Assembly: GCA_963514005.1 (NCBI GenBank)
Contig: OY740799.1
Coordinates: forward strand, 27,466,001 to 27,530,000
From: Raja brachyura
Lineage: Eukaryota
Length of the DNA: 64,000 nucleotides
Reading direction: 5' to 3'
The stretch's first letter is position 1, and each line of letters begins with the position of its first letter. The notes beneath the pieces are model-generated. The model had not been told where the DNA came from. It saw only the letters and a list, made by a program, of their open reading frames with translations, and made no database searches. The position numbers and the translations under genes are program-made. Below, in pieces: positions 21,762 to 36,162 of the stretch.

Positions 21762-24537
21762 CTGGAGAAAAAGAAACAACCCATACAGTTTTGATAATGA
21801 ATCTAATATGATGAAGAAAATGACAAACTTCATCGGGGATTTTGCATAACCATGGCTTTCACACCTGGTTTATTTTACATTCAACAACCTCCCATGCACA
21901 TCAAATATGTACTTGATGACAAATAAAACAGCAAAGTACAAAGGGAGAATCGTTAATCACAAAAGTGAAACTTTAAGATATTAAGATTTGACTTTTTCAT
22001 AATCTAGTGTTTATTTTTAAATTAAAATAAATGATTCAGAATCACAGAAGGTGACAAGACAGTAGGCGAGTCAGACTATCAAATTCATACAATTCCATGT
22101 AAGATCAATCCACTGTCTCATTTGTCTGCCCAAAGCCCTTTAGATATTATTCTAGTTCCTTTATGAACACTACAATTGAACCTGCTTCCACTACCACCCA
22201 AGCACATTACATTCCAGTCCTGACCTTTTTGCAAATGATATCAATAGCTATCTATTCTGTTTGTATATTATTAATTAGTTTAATTACCACTATCAAATTT
22301 CCCTCCAACGTTCTCTATTCCGAGGAGAACCAGACAATTTCTCCAGTTCTTCAACGTTAACTAAAGTCTCTTATTCTGAAAATTATTTTGTTAATTCTCT
22401 TCTGCGCCTTCACAAATGTATTTACAGCATTCCTACAGTGTGGTACCCAGAAATGGACACAAGATGTAGCTCAATGTGTGAAAGCCATTTGTTGCAATTT
22501 TACTGACTGCTAAACAATTTTTTATCTGATAAATTCACACTCACTAATCTAAAGTTCCTTTCATGGCACTCAAATCCAAATATTTTTGGTGTTTGTTACA
22601 TTGATCATGTTATACTACAAAGTAAGGTGTTGCAAACTTTGACTTAAAACTAACCATATCATCATAAAATCATTGGTAATTTTCCCATAATAGGCCACAC
22701 CATAAATACTTTATTTTTTTCTTGCATGTTCAAGCACTTGTTCGCCCAGAATTTGTATGGCCAGGAAACTTCAAGCTTGCTTCAGTAACATCAGTATTTG
22801 CTGCGGCATTTTTCACTCCTGATTTAGAATGCTAAACCAACCAGTTATAGGGCACCGACATTAACTCGGGTCAGTGCAACAAGTTTTGGTTTCAGGTTGT
22901 AACGTGGACTTAAAAGTTAAGTCTGGCTAATAATCTCATATGCATAATAAAATTAACTGAATGTATATCAAAGCTCCATTCCCTATAGGTAATCTTCAGT
23001 ATGCCATAACACTGCTGAAGCTGCTGTATCTCAGCTATTCCAACAATGAAATTGGAGACAACGATGCAATGGAAGGTGAGAACATGACACGTTTCCCAGA
23101 TTACGACCTGCTGACCTGAGCAGATGAATGGAATCTCTCTTTTACATTGAGAGATTATTCAAGGCCAAAATAAAGAGGTTAGATAAATGCCATTGAGCTA
23201 TCCCCTAACAGTGATACTGATGAAGCAGCCAGAAGTAATTCCATGAATTTGCAAGGTAAGAAATTTTATAGCTGACCTGTAACTGTACCTCGATTGTGCT
23301 GTCTTCACCGGGAACTAAAGACAGCATTTCACATGCATACATGTGCACACATGCACAAACACTCACGCATAAAATTAACCGCTAACAACAACATTGATTT
23401 TCCATACCAAATCCATCCACACCCATCCTACCAGTTTCCCAAACCCATTGAAATATACGGACTGCACAAAAATCGAATGTTTGTACCTGTGTTACTTGGC
23501 TATTCCTAAACATTTGCTAGTATTCCCACATTGTTGGGGAGCAAATTTCAAATTTAAGGCCAAAAAAATTCAGAAATGTCCATGTCATGATGGAGTGAGG
23601 CTTGGAGAGGAATCTGAAGTTGATGGTGTTCTTACATGTCTGGTGATACAGGTCAAGGGGTTGTGAGGTTGAAGCAAAATTGGCATGTACTTTGGAGATA
23701 GTACATACTGCACTGGGCGTGAAGGAATGAGCAATAGGGCAGAGTAACGTTGTTAATCATGCAGGACATTTATTACTGGATGATGTCAGGTAGATGAATG
23801 TTGCATCTATCCAGAAGACAAGTCGAGACAATTCTATCAAGTTTCTGACTTGTGCCACTAGGACGGATCAAAAGATTTGGGGCAAATATTCATAATGTCA
23901 AAAATAGGAATGAAATGTCATGATTGATAAAACAGTTGGTTCTTAGACAATGCTCTCCTACATGCAAATTTGAGGTAAAATAATTTAATTCCAATAAGCA
24001 CAATCGCCTTCCTTCATATGAAGAAAGATTCCAACAATAGATGTGTTTTCCCCTTCACTATCAGCTATATCTTCCAGCACTTCGCTGACGATTCAGCAAT
24101 ATGCAGCTGTATTGGATTTGCCTTGTATTTTGAGGAAAGGCTATATTCATTTAGCAATTTTTTACATTTTCCTGGAGTTGCTTGGCTGGCAGCCCAGCTG
24201 ACTCTGGAGCAGATCTGCAGTACTACATCTTGGATAATATTCCATTGCACATTGTGCAGTCAGGCATTTATCGATATCATACAGAGGGTATGGAATTGGC
24301 TAAAGATTGGTTCCTGTGATAGTGAAGAACTGGATGAAATGGATCATCCATCAGTATCTTCCATTTGAAAATGATTGCAAATTTGTTGGCACAGCCCGAG
24401 CCCAGGTCTTGTTGAGAATGGGCATGGAAACCCCTGGCCCTCCTCCTTTTGTAAGTCAATGAAATATCCCCAATCATTTGTGACTGGATGTATCAGGTCA
24501 GCAGAGCACTGAATGATTGGTGATATTTATGGAGCAC

Positions 24538-24985
24538 CTAGACCAAGTGGGACCCGTTGGGTCCCTGTCACATGGGAGGCCTGGTGCCCCAACGCAGGCC
24601 ATTCCCCAACACAATATTCCACTACTCACCCTTAGCCGACAACTGCGCAGGGATGCTCATTTTTCAACTTAAAAAAAAATGCATTTGCACTTGCTAGCTA
24701 GCAGAACTGAGTGTACTGTGACTTTAAAAAAATGCATTTGCACTTGCTAGGGAGAGCAGAACTCAGTGTACTTGGATAGCACCAATGTTGCGAGTAGGGC
24801 TACAATCCTATTGCACAGCTATAAGGACAGGGAAAAAACTGTTGGGTGGGGGGGAACAAAAGGGGGCGCCAGTGTGCTTTGTTACTTTGTCAGCGCCATA
24901 GGGGGCTGCTATTTGTATACATTGTGTGTGCAAGCAAAGAATCTCACTGTGCCTAGTCACATGTGACACTAAAGTATTCATATTG
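24538..24985 (-). mobile_element. Helitron-like non-autonomous element (3' end at 24538)
   Basis: Minus strand ends gggaccc-aac-gggtccc-acttggt-CTAG; same terminus as at 62560-62587. Confidence 0.6.
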
Positions 24986-25437
24986 CTCCTAACTTGGAAT
25001 CAAAACTAACTATGTCAAAGGCATCAGTGAAATTCAATTACAAGCAGTATATTCAGGTCTTTAAGAAAATTAAAAATGGCCATTGTTTGCTGTACTCAGG
25101 TTGGATTGAAAGAATGAAAAAAAACAATAGGCTATGTCTCTAAATAATCAATAGGACACACATTTCTGCAACTGATTTAGAAAGACAACCTAATCTTATC
25201 AATTTAATTATTGAATAAAAGCAGAATATTAGACTGCATCTGCATCAGACAAGCTATTTGCCTTACATTATTTGTCTTTTTGCAAACTTACTTGTCTTAT
25301 TGTAATAAAATATTAAATGTTTTGTAATTGTGAATTAATTTGCATTAAATTGCATCAATATTGAATAGTTCCTCTTTTGTCATATTTCCTCTTGCACAAT
25401 ATATAGTCTAGACAGAATATTTTTAAATATAACCTAC

Positions 25438-25531
25438 TTTTCCGTTACATAGAGAAAACCATGCCGAATATAGTCGGTGGGTATCTTCTTGTCCCTGTTA
25501 ATTAGACAGCAGCGCCATCCATTTTCACATA
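25438..25531 (-). CDS. GRAMD4: GRAMD4 coding exon (GRAM domain)
   Basis: cttttacag|..|gtaggt; 94 nt; VCENGWRCCLINRDKKIPTDYIRHGFLYVTEN. Confidence 0.96.
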
Positions 25532-25734
25532 CTGTAAAAGAGCATATTTTTAATTATGAATTTCCAATTTGGTGACATGTTACATGCGGTCTGCCAACAA
25601 TAACATTTTCCAAAATAAGTCTTAGTATTTGAACGAAGAAATCCATGGACAAAACTCATGTCATGAGCAAACGTTTACCACTGCTAATAAAAAGTATTCT
25701 CAAACGCTTTCCCAGCTTCCGTCCACTACTACCA

Positions 25735-25855
25735 TCAGTCTGAAGAAGGCTCCCAACCCAACCTTTCCATGTCCTCCAGAGATGCTGCCTGACCTGCTGA
25801 CTCCAGCACTTTGTGCTCTTCGTAAGATTTCAGCATCTGCAGCTTCTTGCGCTTC
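25735..25855 (+). mobile_element. Degenerate Penelope-type mini-element
   Basis: agtctgaagaagg..gagatgctgcctgacctgctga..cagcatctgcag. Confidence 0.65.
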
Positions 25856-26215
25856 TCTTAAAAACTAATGACTTTTCAAATTCGATGCATGGAAACATGA
25901 CAGTGCCTTTCTTCCACATGAATCTGTTCCGCCCTTCAAACAGGTCGTGGTTGGTCTGTATCATTACTTAATTGAATTCCAGCAATTTATAGCCAAGCAA
26001 TAAATTGACCAACTGACCTGGATTTAAAAGCTTTTGTTCTACCCCACAAGATATGCTATTGTAGTTATTGTTTCACACAATTAGGTTTTCAAAATAAAGT
26101 CTGCATTCCAACCAAACATATATATAAAACACAATGCTTTACTATTGTCATATCCAGAAATGTATTTTAAATGAAATCACTGCCTTTAATAGATGAGAAA
26201 CGTCATTGTACCTAC

Positions 26216-26360
26216 CGGGTAAAGGACGCTCATTCTCTGCCAAGCTGAAAATCTCACTGAAGCTGTTTTTTTTGCTGTGTGACCGTGCACCATCATCCTC
26301 CCGACTATAAACAGACATGGCATTGGCAGTTATATTGGACCTTGACACAACCGTAGGAAT
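26216..26360 (-). CDS. GRAMD4: GRAMD4 coding exon (start of GRAM domain)
   Basis: ttttcacag|..|gtaggt; 145 nt; IPTVVSRSNITANAMSVYSREDDGARSHSKKNSFSEIFSLAENERPLP. Confidence 0.94.
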
Positions 26361-29154
26361 CTGTGAAAACATCACAATTATTTGGTGGGTATGCGTACAA
26401 AACGTACATAAAATCACATGCCTCGAATTGGCAAGAAAATGAGTAATAGACATCCTTCCATTGCAAAGATACCTACAAACTTTCAGAGAAGTAAAGAAAC
26501 TGTTGGGAGAAATCTTGCAGGGTTGGCGTTAGTGGTTGCCATTGAGAACACTGGCTATCAGCAGTTGAAACATCAGAGTGTCTTGGACTTCGATGCAGGC
26601 ACTGCATGGAGGTCACCATTCTTGGGCAAATGCTTGCTGTTTCTGACACTACACACCACCACAGAGATTCCTCACTATGGTACTGGCAAACTGTCTCTAT
26701 GATCCAATGGCAAGTCAAATCCAGAGTACAAATCAGACTGCTGAAGAGCAGGCCAGGCAACATCTGTGCTGGAAAATGGACAGATGTTGTTTCAGGTCAG
26801 GAACCTTCGTCAGACTGATGGGAGAGGAGATAGCTGGTATAAAGAGGCAAGTTAAATTCCAATCATTTCAATGGGATTCTTGGCCTGGACATTAGTAGAC
26901 AAAGTAGAAAGTTAGACAGTTTTTCTTTTTTTAAGTTATTTAACAAATTAGGCTTCCTGTTGCAGCTTCTCATCATTCTCAATTCTAAATGTCTTCAATT
27001 TTAATAAGTTTTATATCCCTTCAACTGCCAGGGATATTCAAATACACGTTATTCTGGAGTTAGGGCTGTGCAGAGCGCTGCCTGAGGCCTGGTCACTGCC
27101 CAACTCCAAGATGCAGGGAACAAGTGACTGAGCCTCTCCCAGACTGGGACTGACATAATGACTTCATGCTTCAGAGTGGATCCAGCACCATCTGGCTCCT
27201 TACATTTACTTTACTGCACTTAATTGGTGAAAAGACTTTGCAAAATAACAAGATTCACTATTACTTTATATTAGATTATTTCTATTATTTTACTCCATGC
27301 CTCTTAAAATCCTTTGAACCTTTTACCATCTGCTTTATCATGCTAGCAGGACATTAAAGTTTAAGGATATTATCATGTTCACTCTAAAGGCCAGAAAATA
27401 ATTGTTAGCATTGTATAACTAATTCTGTTTTCACTGTTTTTCCAAAACTGTTAAGATTATATTCTAACATTGCATTCATAAGATATGGACAAGGAAGTGA
27501 ACTACTTCTTAGGGTTCATTAATCCAGGAAAATTCACTGGACTGAATTACTAACAGATTAAATACATTTCCCCCAAACAACATTAATTACTCGGGATAAT
27601 TTCAGTGTTACAGATTCTGCTATAAAATAACATTTTACACACCGGAAAAAACAGCTTAAGCAATTTGCACAATAAACTCTCTTTACTTGACTTGTTTAAC
27701 ACTGTTTGAATGATTAATTCCAAGTCTAAATTTCAACCAGAACATTAAAACAAAAATATGGAATTCCATCCACTAGCATACAGTAACTGAAAGTTGTATT
27801 TATTGAAGATTCAGAAAATAAATGGTTTGTTTGGGAGAGGAGTAGCGATCAGTGGGACAGAACAGTCACGTCAATGCAATACCAAAAGCATCTACGGAGA
27901 AATGCCACAGGAGGGCGCATTTCACACTTTTTCAGCACCAGAAAAAACAAAGTATTTGCTGGTATCACAGTACTTGAAAAGCAGAAATGCATGTTTTGTT
28001 TTGTCCTCTGAGCCCAGAAAACAAAATTATATGCATTAAATGAAGAGTTGGATTCCCTTGCTTAAGATAAACTTTATATTTCTCATCTGCATTTACAGAA
28101 TTACCTCACTGCAGAATAAGACAATTGAAAACTATTTTAAATGTCCATTAGTCACTTTAACTGTGTTACGATATTCTTCTAATGACTCAGAAATTAAGCT
28201 CTTAGCTGAACAGACCAATAAGAGCCAATGTTCTGATTTGTGGGTTATTATCCAATTGTGAATTAATTACCGTTTTGTCCACTTAAAAGTGTTCACACAT
28301 AATAAACACTGTATTTATTCTTGTCTCAGATTCCATCCAACTCTCTATCACCTCAGGATGATCCATACTTTCCATAAGATGGGTGTCACCTTCATCCCCA
28401 ATTTGGACCTTAGTGAGGGAGGTGGGGGGGGGGGGGAAGAGAACAATGGAGGAGGGGGAGACAAAGGTCAATGGGGACCCAGCGTGGGGCACCACTGTGG
28501 GGGGGGGGGGGGGGGAGGGTAAGAGAACGAAAGGGGGAGCTGGCGTGCTTTGTAACTTTGATAGCGCCGTCGGTGGCTGCTATTTGTATACATTGTGTCT
28601 GCAAGCAAAGAATCTCACTGTGCCTGGTCACATGAGACAACAAAGTATCCCTACCATTTGAGTTTCAACTCTCTATTCGCCATACTCTCTATCCGCTTTA
28701 TAATCACAGGAGCATTGTTAATCTCACCCGGTGGTTCTACTTTCCCAAAGCCCACATCCATGCCTATCAGCTCTAGACCCAAATAATTGATTACTCACCA
28801 GAAAAGCTACTCTTCATAAACTGCAGCTCATCTAAAACTCTGTTGCTCAAACTCCATTGACCTACATTTGTCCCTAGTTCCCTAACACCTGCTATTTCTC
28901 AACCTGATGTTCAAGTGCCCTCAAGGCCTCTTTGCTTTTCCTGCAGTCTTCCCCAGTTCTGAAAACCTCAGAACTCTACATTCCTCTAGCTCTCTGCTTA
29001 TTAACTTGCCAAAGGTCCATCCCCCTCTCCCTCCAATTATCCTGGACTCTGTCCAGGATTGTGTCTCTTTCTTGCCAACTGTTTTACAGATGGATCAAGG
29101 TAAAAAAAATATATAATATTTAATTAATTTGCAAATGCCCTGATTTCTGCAAAG

Positions 29155-29700
29155 AACCAGGAAATCATATTGCAGCTTAACAAAACCATGGTTAGACTGC
29201 TTTTTAAGTATTGTATACAGTTCTGGTCACCCAATTACAGGGCATATGTGCAGGCTTTGGAAAGGGTGCAGAAGAGGTTTACCGGGATGCTGCCTGCATT
29301 AGAGGGTATTATCTATAAGGAGAGGTTGGACAAACATTTTCCATGTCCGTCAGAGGTTGAGGGGAGACGAGAGAAGTCCATGAAAGTATGAGAGGCATAG
29401 ATAAAATAAATGGACAGAACATATTTCCCAAGTGGAAATGTGAAACACTTGTCAGCTTAGCTTTAACGTCAGAAGGGAAAAGCTTAAAAGAGATGCGCGG
29501 GGCCACTTGTTTCCTAAAAGAGATTAGTAGCTGCCCGGGGGGGGGGGGGGGGGTGGTGGTGGTGGGAGCATTAATAGTGGTATTAAATAAGTTTTTTGAT
29601 AGGCCGGTATATATTTTGGAAATGGAGGGCAGAAGGGATTAGTTTAATTTGGCAACATGTTCAGCACAGACATGAAGGGCCTGTCTATGTTTAATGTTCT
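29155..29700 (+). mobile_element. Degenerate CR1 3' fragment
   Basis: ORF 29170-29391 LNKTMVRLLFKYCIQFWSPNYR..ALERVQKRFTGMLP. Confidence 0.85.
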
Positions 29701-31069
29701 CAATTTGCATCTGGAGGTTTCTAACGTGTACTGTCATTGACAGTTCTTCTGTCTGGCAGGAAAGGGAGGTGCAGAAGATCAATATTGCTAAGTATATCAC
29801 TGCAAAAACTAGCATGGGGCTATAACAATTTATATTGGATTAGGAAATTATGGAAAATTAGTTGCTTGCTTCAGATTCAAGTCCATATAAATGCAATTTT
29901 TCAAATTTTCCATTAATAAAGCAGGTTATTTCCAAAGATTCTCATTGATCCTCTAGGCACATCAACATTTCTATTTTTAATTATGTTTCTTATTTGGTTT
30001 TTGATCCAAATAAATCAATATGTTTAAAGGAATTTTTCAGTAATTGTATACCTATTTTTTTAATATATGAAGCTCTGGAAGAAGTTGTTATATCTCAATG
30101 TCGAACAAAGAAGCAATATCTCCAGTGTACACATCAGCAGTGGCAACAATTTAGCATTTTTTATTTGCTATCACAAAATATTGAATACAGAATAAAAGGC
30201 AAATTATTTATTTATTTTAAGCGATGCGTTATATCATTTAATTCGATAAAAATGCCCTTTCACCATATGATAAATTATTTAAAGAAATAAAAACTTAAAA
30301 ATTAAAATCTCTTTAAAATAACAGAATTTATTTGCTACATTATACTAAGAATTTTGCTTAATAATTTTCATAATCACATTTTTAGGAACATTTTAATGGT
30401 TTTATCACTGTGAACAGAAAATTATTAAACAATTTAATAGCACTACAGAAAACAAGACAGTAACATGACAACTAGATCACACTTCACTCAAAAAGTAATA
30501 TCTATTTTATGATTACAAACAATTGCAAAAGTACACGTATTTAAAAAATATAGACTTAACCCCTACCTTTTCAAACCCTGACAGCTAGCAGAAAAAAGAA
30601 ACAACAAAACATGTAACAGACAACAAATTATATTACACTATTCTAATTGGAGCTAAACTTAAATAATTAGATGTTTTTAATGATATCTAACCCAGCACTG
30701 TCTCAATCTCTCTCTCACACACAACACACAAACATACTAAATTGGAAACATGTTAAGTACACTGATCAATGGCTGGAACAACAGATTATATCATTCAATT
30801 AAGGAAAATGTAATTAGATTTTTATTGCATCGTACTTTATTGATTTTATCAACAGATACCAAGTACAGATTAGAAATTGCTTTGGTGTCATCAGTTCTGC
30901 AGAGATTGCAATGAGAGTTGAAAGACACAAATAATCAAATTCTACTTCTGCAGTGTTAACAACTATAATATCAAAATTCAAATATATTATCAACTGTATT
31001 TAGCCATTAACCAGGACTTTGGGTTAGTTTTTTTTTTAAACATTAGATAATTTAATCAAAAGCACCTAC

Positions 31070-31224
31070 CCTTCTTGTGAGAATAGCATTGGACCTTTCT
31101 TTTAGCTGAGGATCCGTAGGTAAATTCTTCCACACAATATAGGGAGTGTCATATTTTTCTCGAAGCCTTGGACATCGTTTGAAGATGAAGTCAATGAGAA
31201 AAAACTTGACTCCTCCATAAAGTC
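31070..31224 (-). CDS. GRAMD4: GRAMD4 coding exon
   Basis: ctgctccag|..|gtaggt; 155 nt; LYGGVKFFLIDFIFKRCPRLREKYDTPYIVWKNLPTDPQLKERSNAILTRR. Confidence 0.96.
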
Positions 31225-33659
31225 CTGGAGCAGTATGAAACAATCAATTTTTAAGAGTTATAATCTTGTAAATCGAACACCCAAATATGTATTTTTGTAA
31301 AGCCAATGTGTACAGAAATTTATCTCATCCCTTTCACATTAATTCATATTCACAGCTTCTACACAGATGGTTACCTTCAATATTTATTCAATCAAACTCA
31401 CTGCACTCAGCGTTGAGTCAAATGTCAAATTGCAAATAATTCTCAATGCTTATCATGGTTCACTTGCTTATTTGCTATATTTAGTCATACCATACAAATG
31501 AACATCTAGAGTGAAGTTCTATAGTGTAGATTTTTACAATAAAATTGAACTGTATGAATTACAATTTAAGAATCGATATTCCAAAGACATTCTGAATTCA
31601 GCAGTCTCCCACCAAGCTGCCACCCAGCTTCCTTCAGATGAATACAACAAATATACTTAAATGGATAAAATAATCTAACAATCTATACATGCTTTTGACC
31701 CACTCTATCCCACAGATTGTATTGATATCATCTCAGATCTCAGTTGCTCAAGCTCCCTTGCCAGGTAGAAGTCATTCTTGAAAGAAACCACTGTTTCAAT
31801 TAGTTGTGGACTTGAAATTGATCCACCAAACAGATTAAATCATATCCCCAGTAACTCAAATGCTGAATGTATGAAACAAAATATTTGCTGTCAATTCCTC
31901 CCAAAGAAATAGATTAAAGATTAAAATGACAACCAACAGCAATTTCAAAAGAATCAGGAGCAGGTGCAGACTATTGAGCCCATTGAGCCTGATTAGCCAT
32001 TCAACAGGTACATGGCTGATCTTCTACCTCAAGACATTTTCTTGCCCATATCCTGTGATTTCTTTAATCTCTAGAAATCTATCGATATGAATGCCATCAA
32101 TGATTGTGTTTCCATATCTCTCCAGGATACAGAATTCCAATTATTCAACACAATCATATTCAATCCATGCAACTATATTACCGCCATTTCCATGTGTTCG
32201 AACCTTGATCTCCAACCTTGCTCTGTGGGACATTGTTGAAAGCGTTCTTATTATTCATATGGATTTCACCCTCCTCTCCCAATTGACCAGATACAAGATC
32301 ACCAAAAAATTAATCAATCAAGGTTTTGCTCGATCATATTATCTAAGTGTTTTGACATCACATATTTTATTATAGACTCTCAACATGTCCCAACACTAGG
32401 TTAACAGGTCAGTAGTTTCTTGTTTTCTCTCACTCTCCTTTCTTAATGAGTGGAGTCATACATGCCATCCTCAGTTTGAGGGAACTATACCAGGCCTCAG
32501 CATTTGAAGTTCGGGTTTATTATCTTCCAAATTGTAAATAGTAACACAGTAAACACATAATTGTGAATTAACAAAAGGAAATATGTGATCAACCAAATCT
32601 CTCGAATTTAAATAAGTGGTGGTTAGACTAACATAGTTCATTTAACTGAAGAAATAACAAGCAAATGCACCTCAGTATCTATTACATGGCACAGCAAATA
32701 TATATTTATTCATATCCCCTGGCATACTCTTAACAATACTACTGCCTTTCTGCACTGAGTTGAGGATAGGTGACAAAACATCCTCCATGATCGTTATCAT
32801 ACTGGTGCCTGCATGGATGTGTTCTCAGTCCTTTTCCCCCTATACACACAACTGTGCGGCCAAATTCTGCTCTTGCTGGAGGGCTCAGGCTAGTCCAGGG
32901 TCCAATTAATTCACATGTTTAAAAGTTATAAAAGTAACAGGTGAGCCAAGAGAAGGTCAGACACAGCCACGGTTATGGAGATGGAAGTGGGAAGTCCTTA
33001 CAATCAACACCAAAACTGCAATTTATGCCCAAGACAGAAAATAATGGTTTTAGTCTAAACATTTTTAGTTGGAGGATATTTCTTCTTATCAAGAACTCAA
33101 AGATAACTCGCTTTTGCTCCATTATGGGGGATTGAGCTAATTAACGAGGCTAACGTGAGAACAAAGACTCTTGGGGCAGGAGGTGGACAAAGGGTAGGAA
33201 TTTTGAGGTGGTGGTCATCTTTGTCACATCTACACAGGGCCAGCGCAACCTCCCAAAGCATGGCCTCAATTTTCCTAAACCCAGCACAAGGGCTTCTTTG
33301 CCACTTTGAATGGTCATGGGCCCGAGGTTGCCAGGAGTCTGTGGGGATGTGACAATTCAACTCCTCCTCGAATCCTTCGTCCACTTGGAAATTTTCTTCC
33401 ACGACAGAATTCAGAACAATGACTGCATTGGGAGTCTGGTGTCGGACGTGTGAATAACATGACCTGCTAACTGAGAGTAAACAGGGTTCAGTGCAAAAGA
33501 AGCTGGTCAGAGAGAGGATGCTAATTCCAGGTCACTTATGAATATGGAACTCAAATAATATCCTCCATCATAGTGCCAGAAGAAGTTGGGAGCCAGCTTA
33601 ATAATATATCTTTATTGTCATTGTAGAAGAACTTAGAGATTAAGATTGCAACCTCCGTA

Positions 33660-33990
33660 TTAACCATATACCAATTACAGCACGGAAACAGGCCTTCTCG
33701 GCCCTTCCAGTCCGTTCCGCCCATTTATTTTCCCCTAGTCCCATCTACCTGCACTCGGACCATACCCCTCCATTCCCTTCCCGTCCATATACCTATCCAC
33801 TTTACTTTTAAATGTTAAAATCAATCCTGCCTCCACCACTTCTGCTGGAAGATCATTCCACACAACCACCACACTGAGTAAAGAAGTTCCCCCTCATGCT
33901 ACCCCTAAACTTCTGTCCCTTAATTCTCATGTCATGCCCTCTTGTTTGAACCTTCCCTACCCTCAATGGGAAAAGCTTTTCCACGTCCAA
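33660..33990 (-). mobile_element. CR1/HER1 3' end inserted in a Rex1-like tail
   Basis: Near-copy of 19135-19460; VEKLFPLRVGKVQTRGHDMRIKGQKFRG. Confidence 0.85.
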
Positions 33991-35775
33991 CAGTATTGAT
34001 GCTATAAAATAAATAAATAAGGTAAAAGTACAAATACGTCCATGTACACCGAGGTTAGAAATTACAGCAGCTGTCACTGTGTTAAGATTAGTCAGTTGTG
34101 CCAGTTTATTATGGGGAAAAGACAGATTATGGGGTATGTTTAGCAGACAGCTTATGGGGTATGATTCCATGCAGTTGTTTATCTAGGGTAAAAGCTATTT
34201 CTCAGTCTGGAGGCGGGGGTGGAAAAGGCCTAATAACGTCTGCCAGATGTTAGAAGTTCAAACAGACGATGGCATGAGTGTGTGGAGTCCTTACAGATGC
34301 TGATGGCTTTTCTGAGGCAGCGTGCATTATAGATGTCCTCCTGGGCTTGGAGCTGTATCCCAGTGCTCTGGAGACGACCCACTGAAGAGCTCTCCGATCC
34401 GCTGCTGTGCAACTAAAGGGCCTGAGTTTTCCCTTTGATTCAAACTCGGAGAATGTCCGTAACGAGTTCGTAAGTAATTTTTATTTATATAACACTTTTA
34501 AATCAAATCTTTTTGAAGCCAAAGTGCTTTACAGAGAAAAAAAATTAGACGACCATACATCCATATAAAATAAAAAGAGAAGAAACAAAAAAGACACAAT
34601 GCACTATAGGATTCAACATGAACGTTCCCCCACAGCAGAATCAACACTTTACACTGTGAGGGAAGGCACCAAAAAGTCCAGTCCTTCTCCTCCTAGTCCA
34701 CCCGAGGTCGGTGCCTGTTTGAGGCCTCCGCAGCCAGTCGCCGCAACAGCGGCCCGATGGTATAGGCCCTCCTGCCAGGAAGATGAAACACCGGCGTCGG
34801 GTGAAATAGTGATCAATTCATGGATCTGTCTGGAGCGGCCGCTCCCTCCCCGGAGACCGCAGCGCCCAAAGTCCTCAGGCCACGCTGGTTAGAGCTCCAA
34901 CTCTGGCGATCACGGATCCCAGGCTCCGCAGAGTTTTAAATCCAGCGCCGCCCGCGGCTGGATGTCCGCACCCACAGCTCCGCAATGTTGGGAGTCGGCT
35001 GTCACAGCATTCCGCCGGGACTACAGCTTGCCGCCGCCGAAGCTGTAGTCCCGGCAGGAAACGCCACTCCAGCCGATGGTGAGCCGCACTAGAAGACGAA
35101 GATGCAATTCGGAGGAATACCTCAGAAATAAAGCTTCCCCCTTCCCCTCCCCCCACCCACCACATAAAAAAAGACCCACAACAAACATTTTGATCTAACA
35201 GGACTAAAAATAATAATAAAAAAGGGTGAAAGGACAGACTGCAGGCAGACAAGTCATACACAGGCAGGTGGCCCACTCCTGCAGTCTGCCATCTGCAGGA
35301 GTCGATAGATATATCGTAGCGGCTCGTTACGCCAGCCGTAGGTACTCGGGGCATCAGGTAAGTCGGGACGTTTTTTCGGGCTGATGAAAAATGTCCACGA
35401 GTAATAAAATAGCCCCGTGTACCTTTGGCTGGCATTACGAGCCGCTACGATATATCCACGGACTCTTACGGCCTCCTATGGACTCGTTACGGACATTCTC
35501 CGAGTTTGAATCAAGAGGAAAACTCGGGAGAATTCGTGAGTAACTCGGGAAAGTGGGACAGGCTCTTAAGATACCACACAGATGTGCAGTATGTTAGGAT
35601 GCTCTCTGTGGTACAACGGTGGAAAGTCACCAGCATCTGTTTGGGCAGACCAGCTTTTTTCAGCATCCTCAGGAAAAACAGCCGTTGCTGTGCTTTCTTG
35701 ACCAGTGCAGTGGTGTTACTGGGCCACATGAGGTCCCCTGAAATGTGTGTGCCCAGAAACCTGAAGCTGGTTTCT
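33990..35775 (-). mobile_element. Rex1-like LINE fragment interrupted by a Harbinger-like MITE
   Basis: KKAQQRLFFLRMLKKAGLPKQMLVTFHRCTTESILTYCTSVWY (35511-35729) continues LSCTAADRRALQ after 34416. Confidence 0.8.
34417..35566. mobile_element. PIF/Harbinger-like MITE with TAA TSD; contains a further retro-insertion at about 34475-35300
   Basis: taa|agggcctg .. caggctct|taa; about 44-bp subterminal inverted repeats gagttttccctttgattcaaactcggagaatgtccgtaacgagt and its reverse complement. Confidence 0.75.
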
Positions 35776-35919
35776 AAAAACCTGAAAAATCTAATTTTGT
35801 AACTTTTCTCACAGGGGACACAAAGACATCAATCATAATCAAGGTGCCCAGCTCTTAAACAACACAACTGAAATTAAATAAAAGCTGTAGCAAATGAAAA
35901 TCATATGACATTTATTTAC

Positions 35920-36029
35920 CTATGACGAGACCGAGAATTCTGTATGGAAAGAAGCAAGATGCAACAAAGAGAAGCCACAAGCCCATGTACAACTTCTGTG
36001 TAATTTCTGGATGTACCCACATAAATAAG
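35920..36029 (-). CDS. GRAMD4: GRAMD4 coding exon (hydrophobic/TM segment)
   Basis: ttcttacag|..|gtaaat; 110 nt, follows an 89-bp intron; LFMWVHPEITQKLYMGLWLLFVASCFFPYRILGLVIG. Confidence 0.95.
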
Positions 36030-36118
36030 CTGTAAGAATAAGAAAAGAGATTACAATAGGCAGCACAAACTCTTATCAAATTGTTCTGGTTAGTACAGAG
36101 AGCAATTGAAAAACTTAC

Positions 36119-36162
36119 TTCTTAATTTTTTCTAGTACATCTGCCATCTTGCCAAAAAGATT
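36119..36162 (-). CDS. GRAMD4: GRAMD4 coding exon
   Basis: aattacag|..|gtaagt; 44 nt; NLFGKMADVLEKIKN. Confidence 0.95.

Noticed and set aside
34599-35802. ORFs of 97-186 aa in a GC-rich block
   Set aside because: Within nested repeats; no domain-like content.
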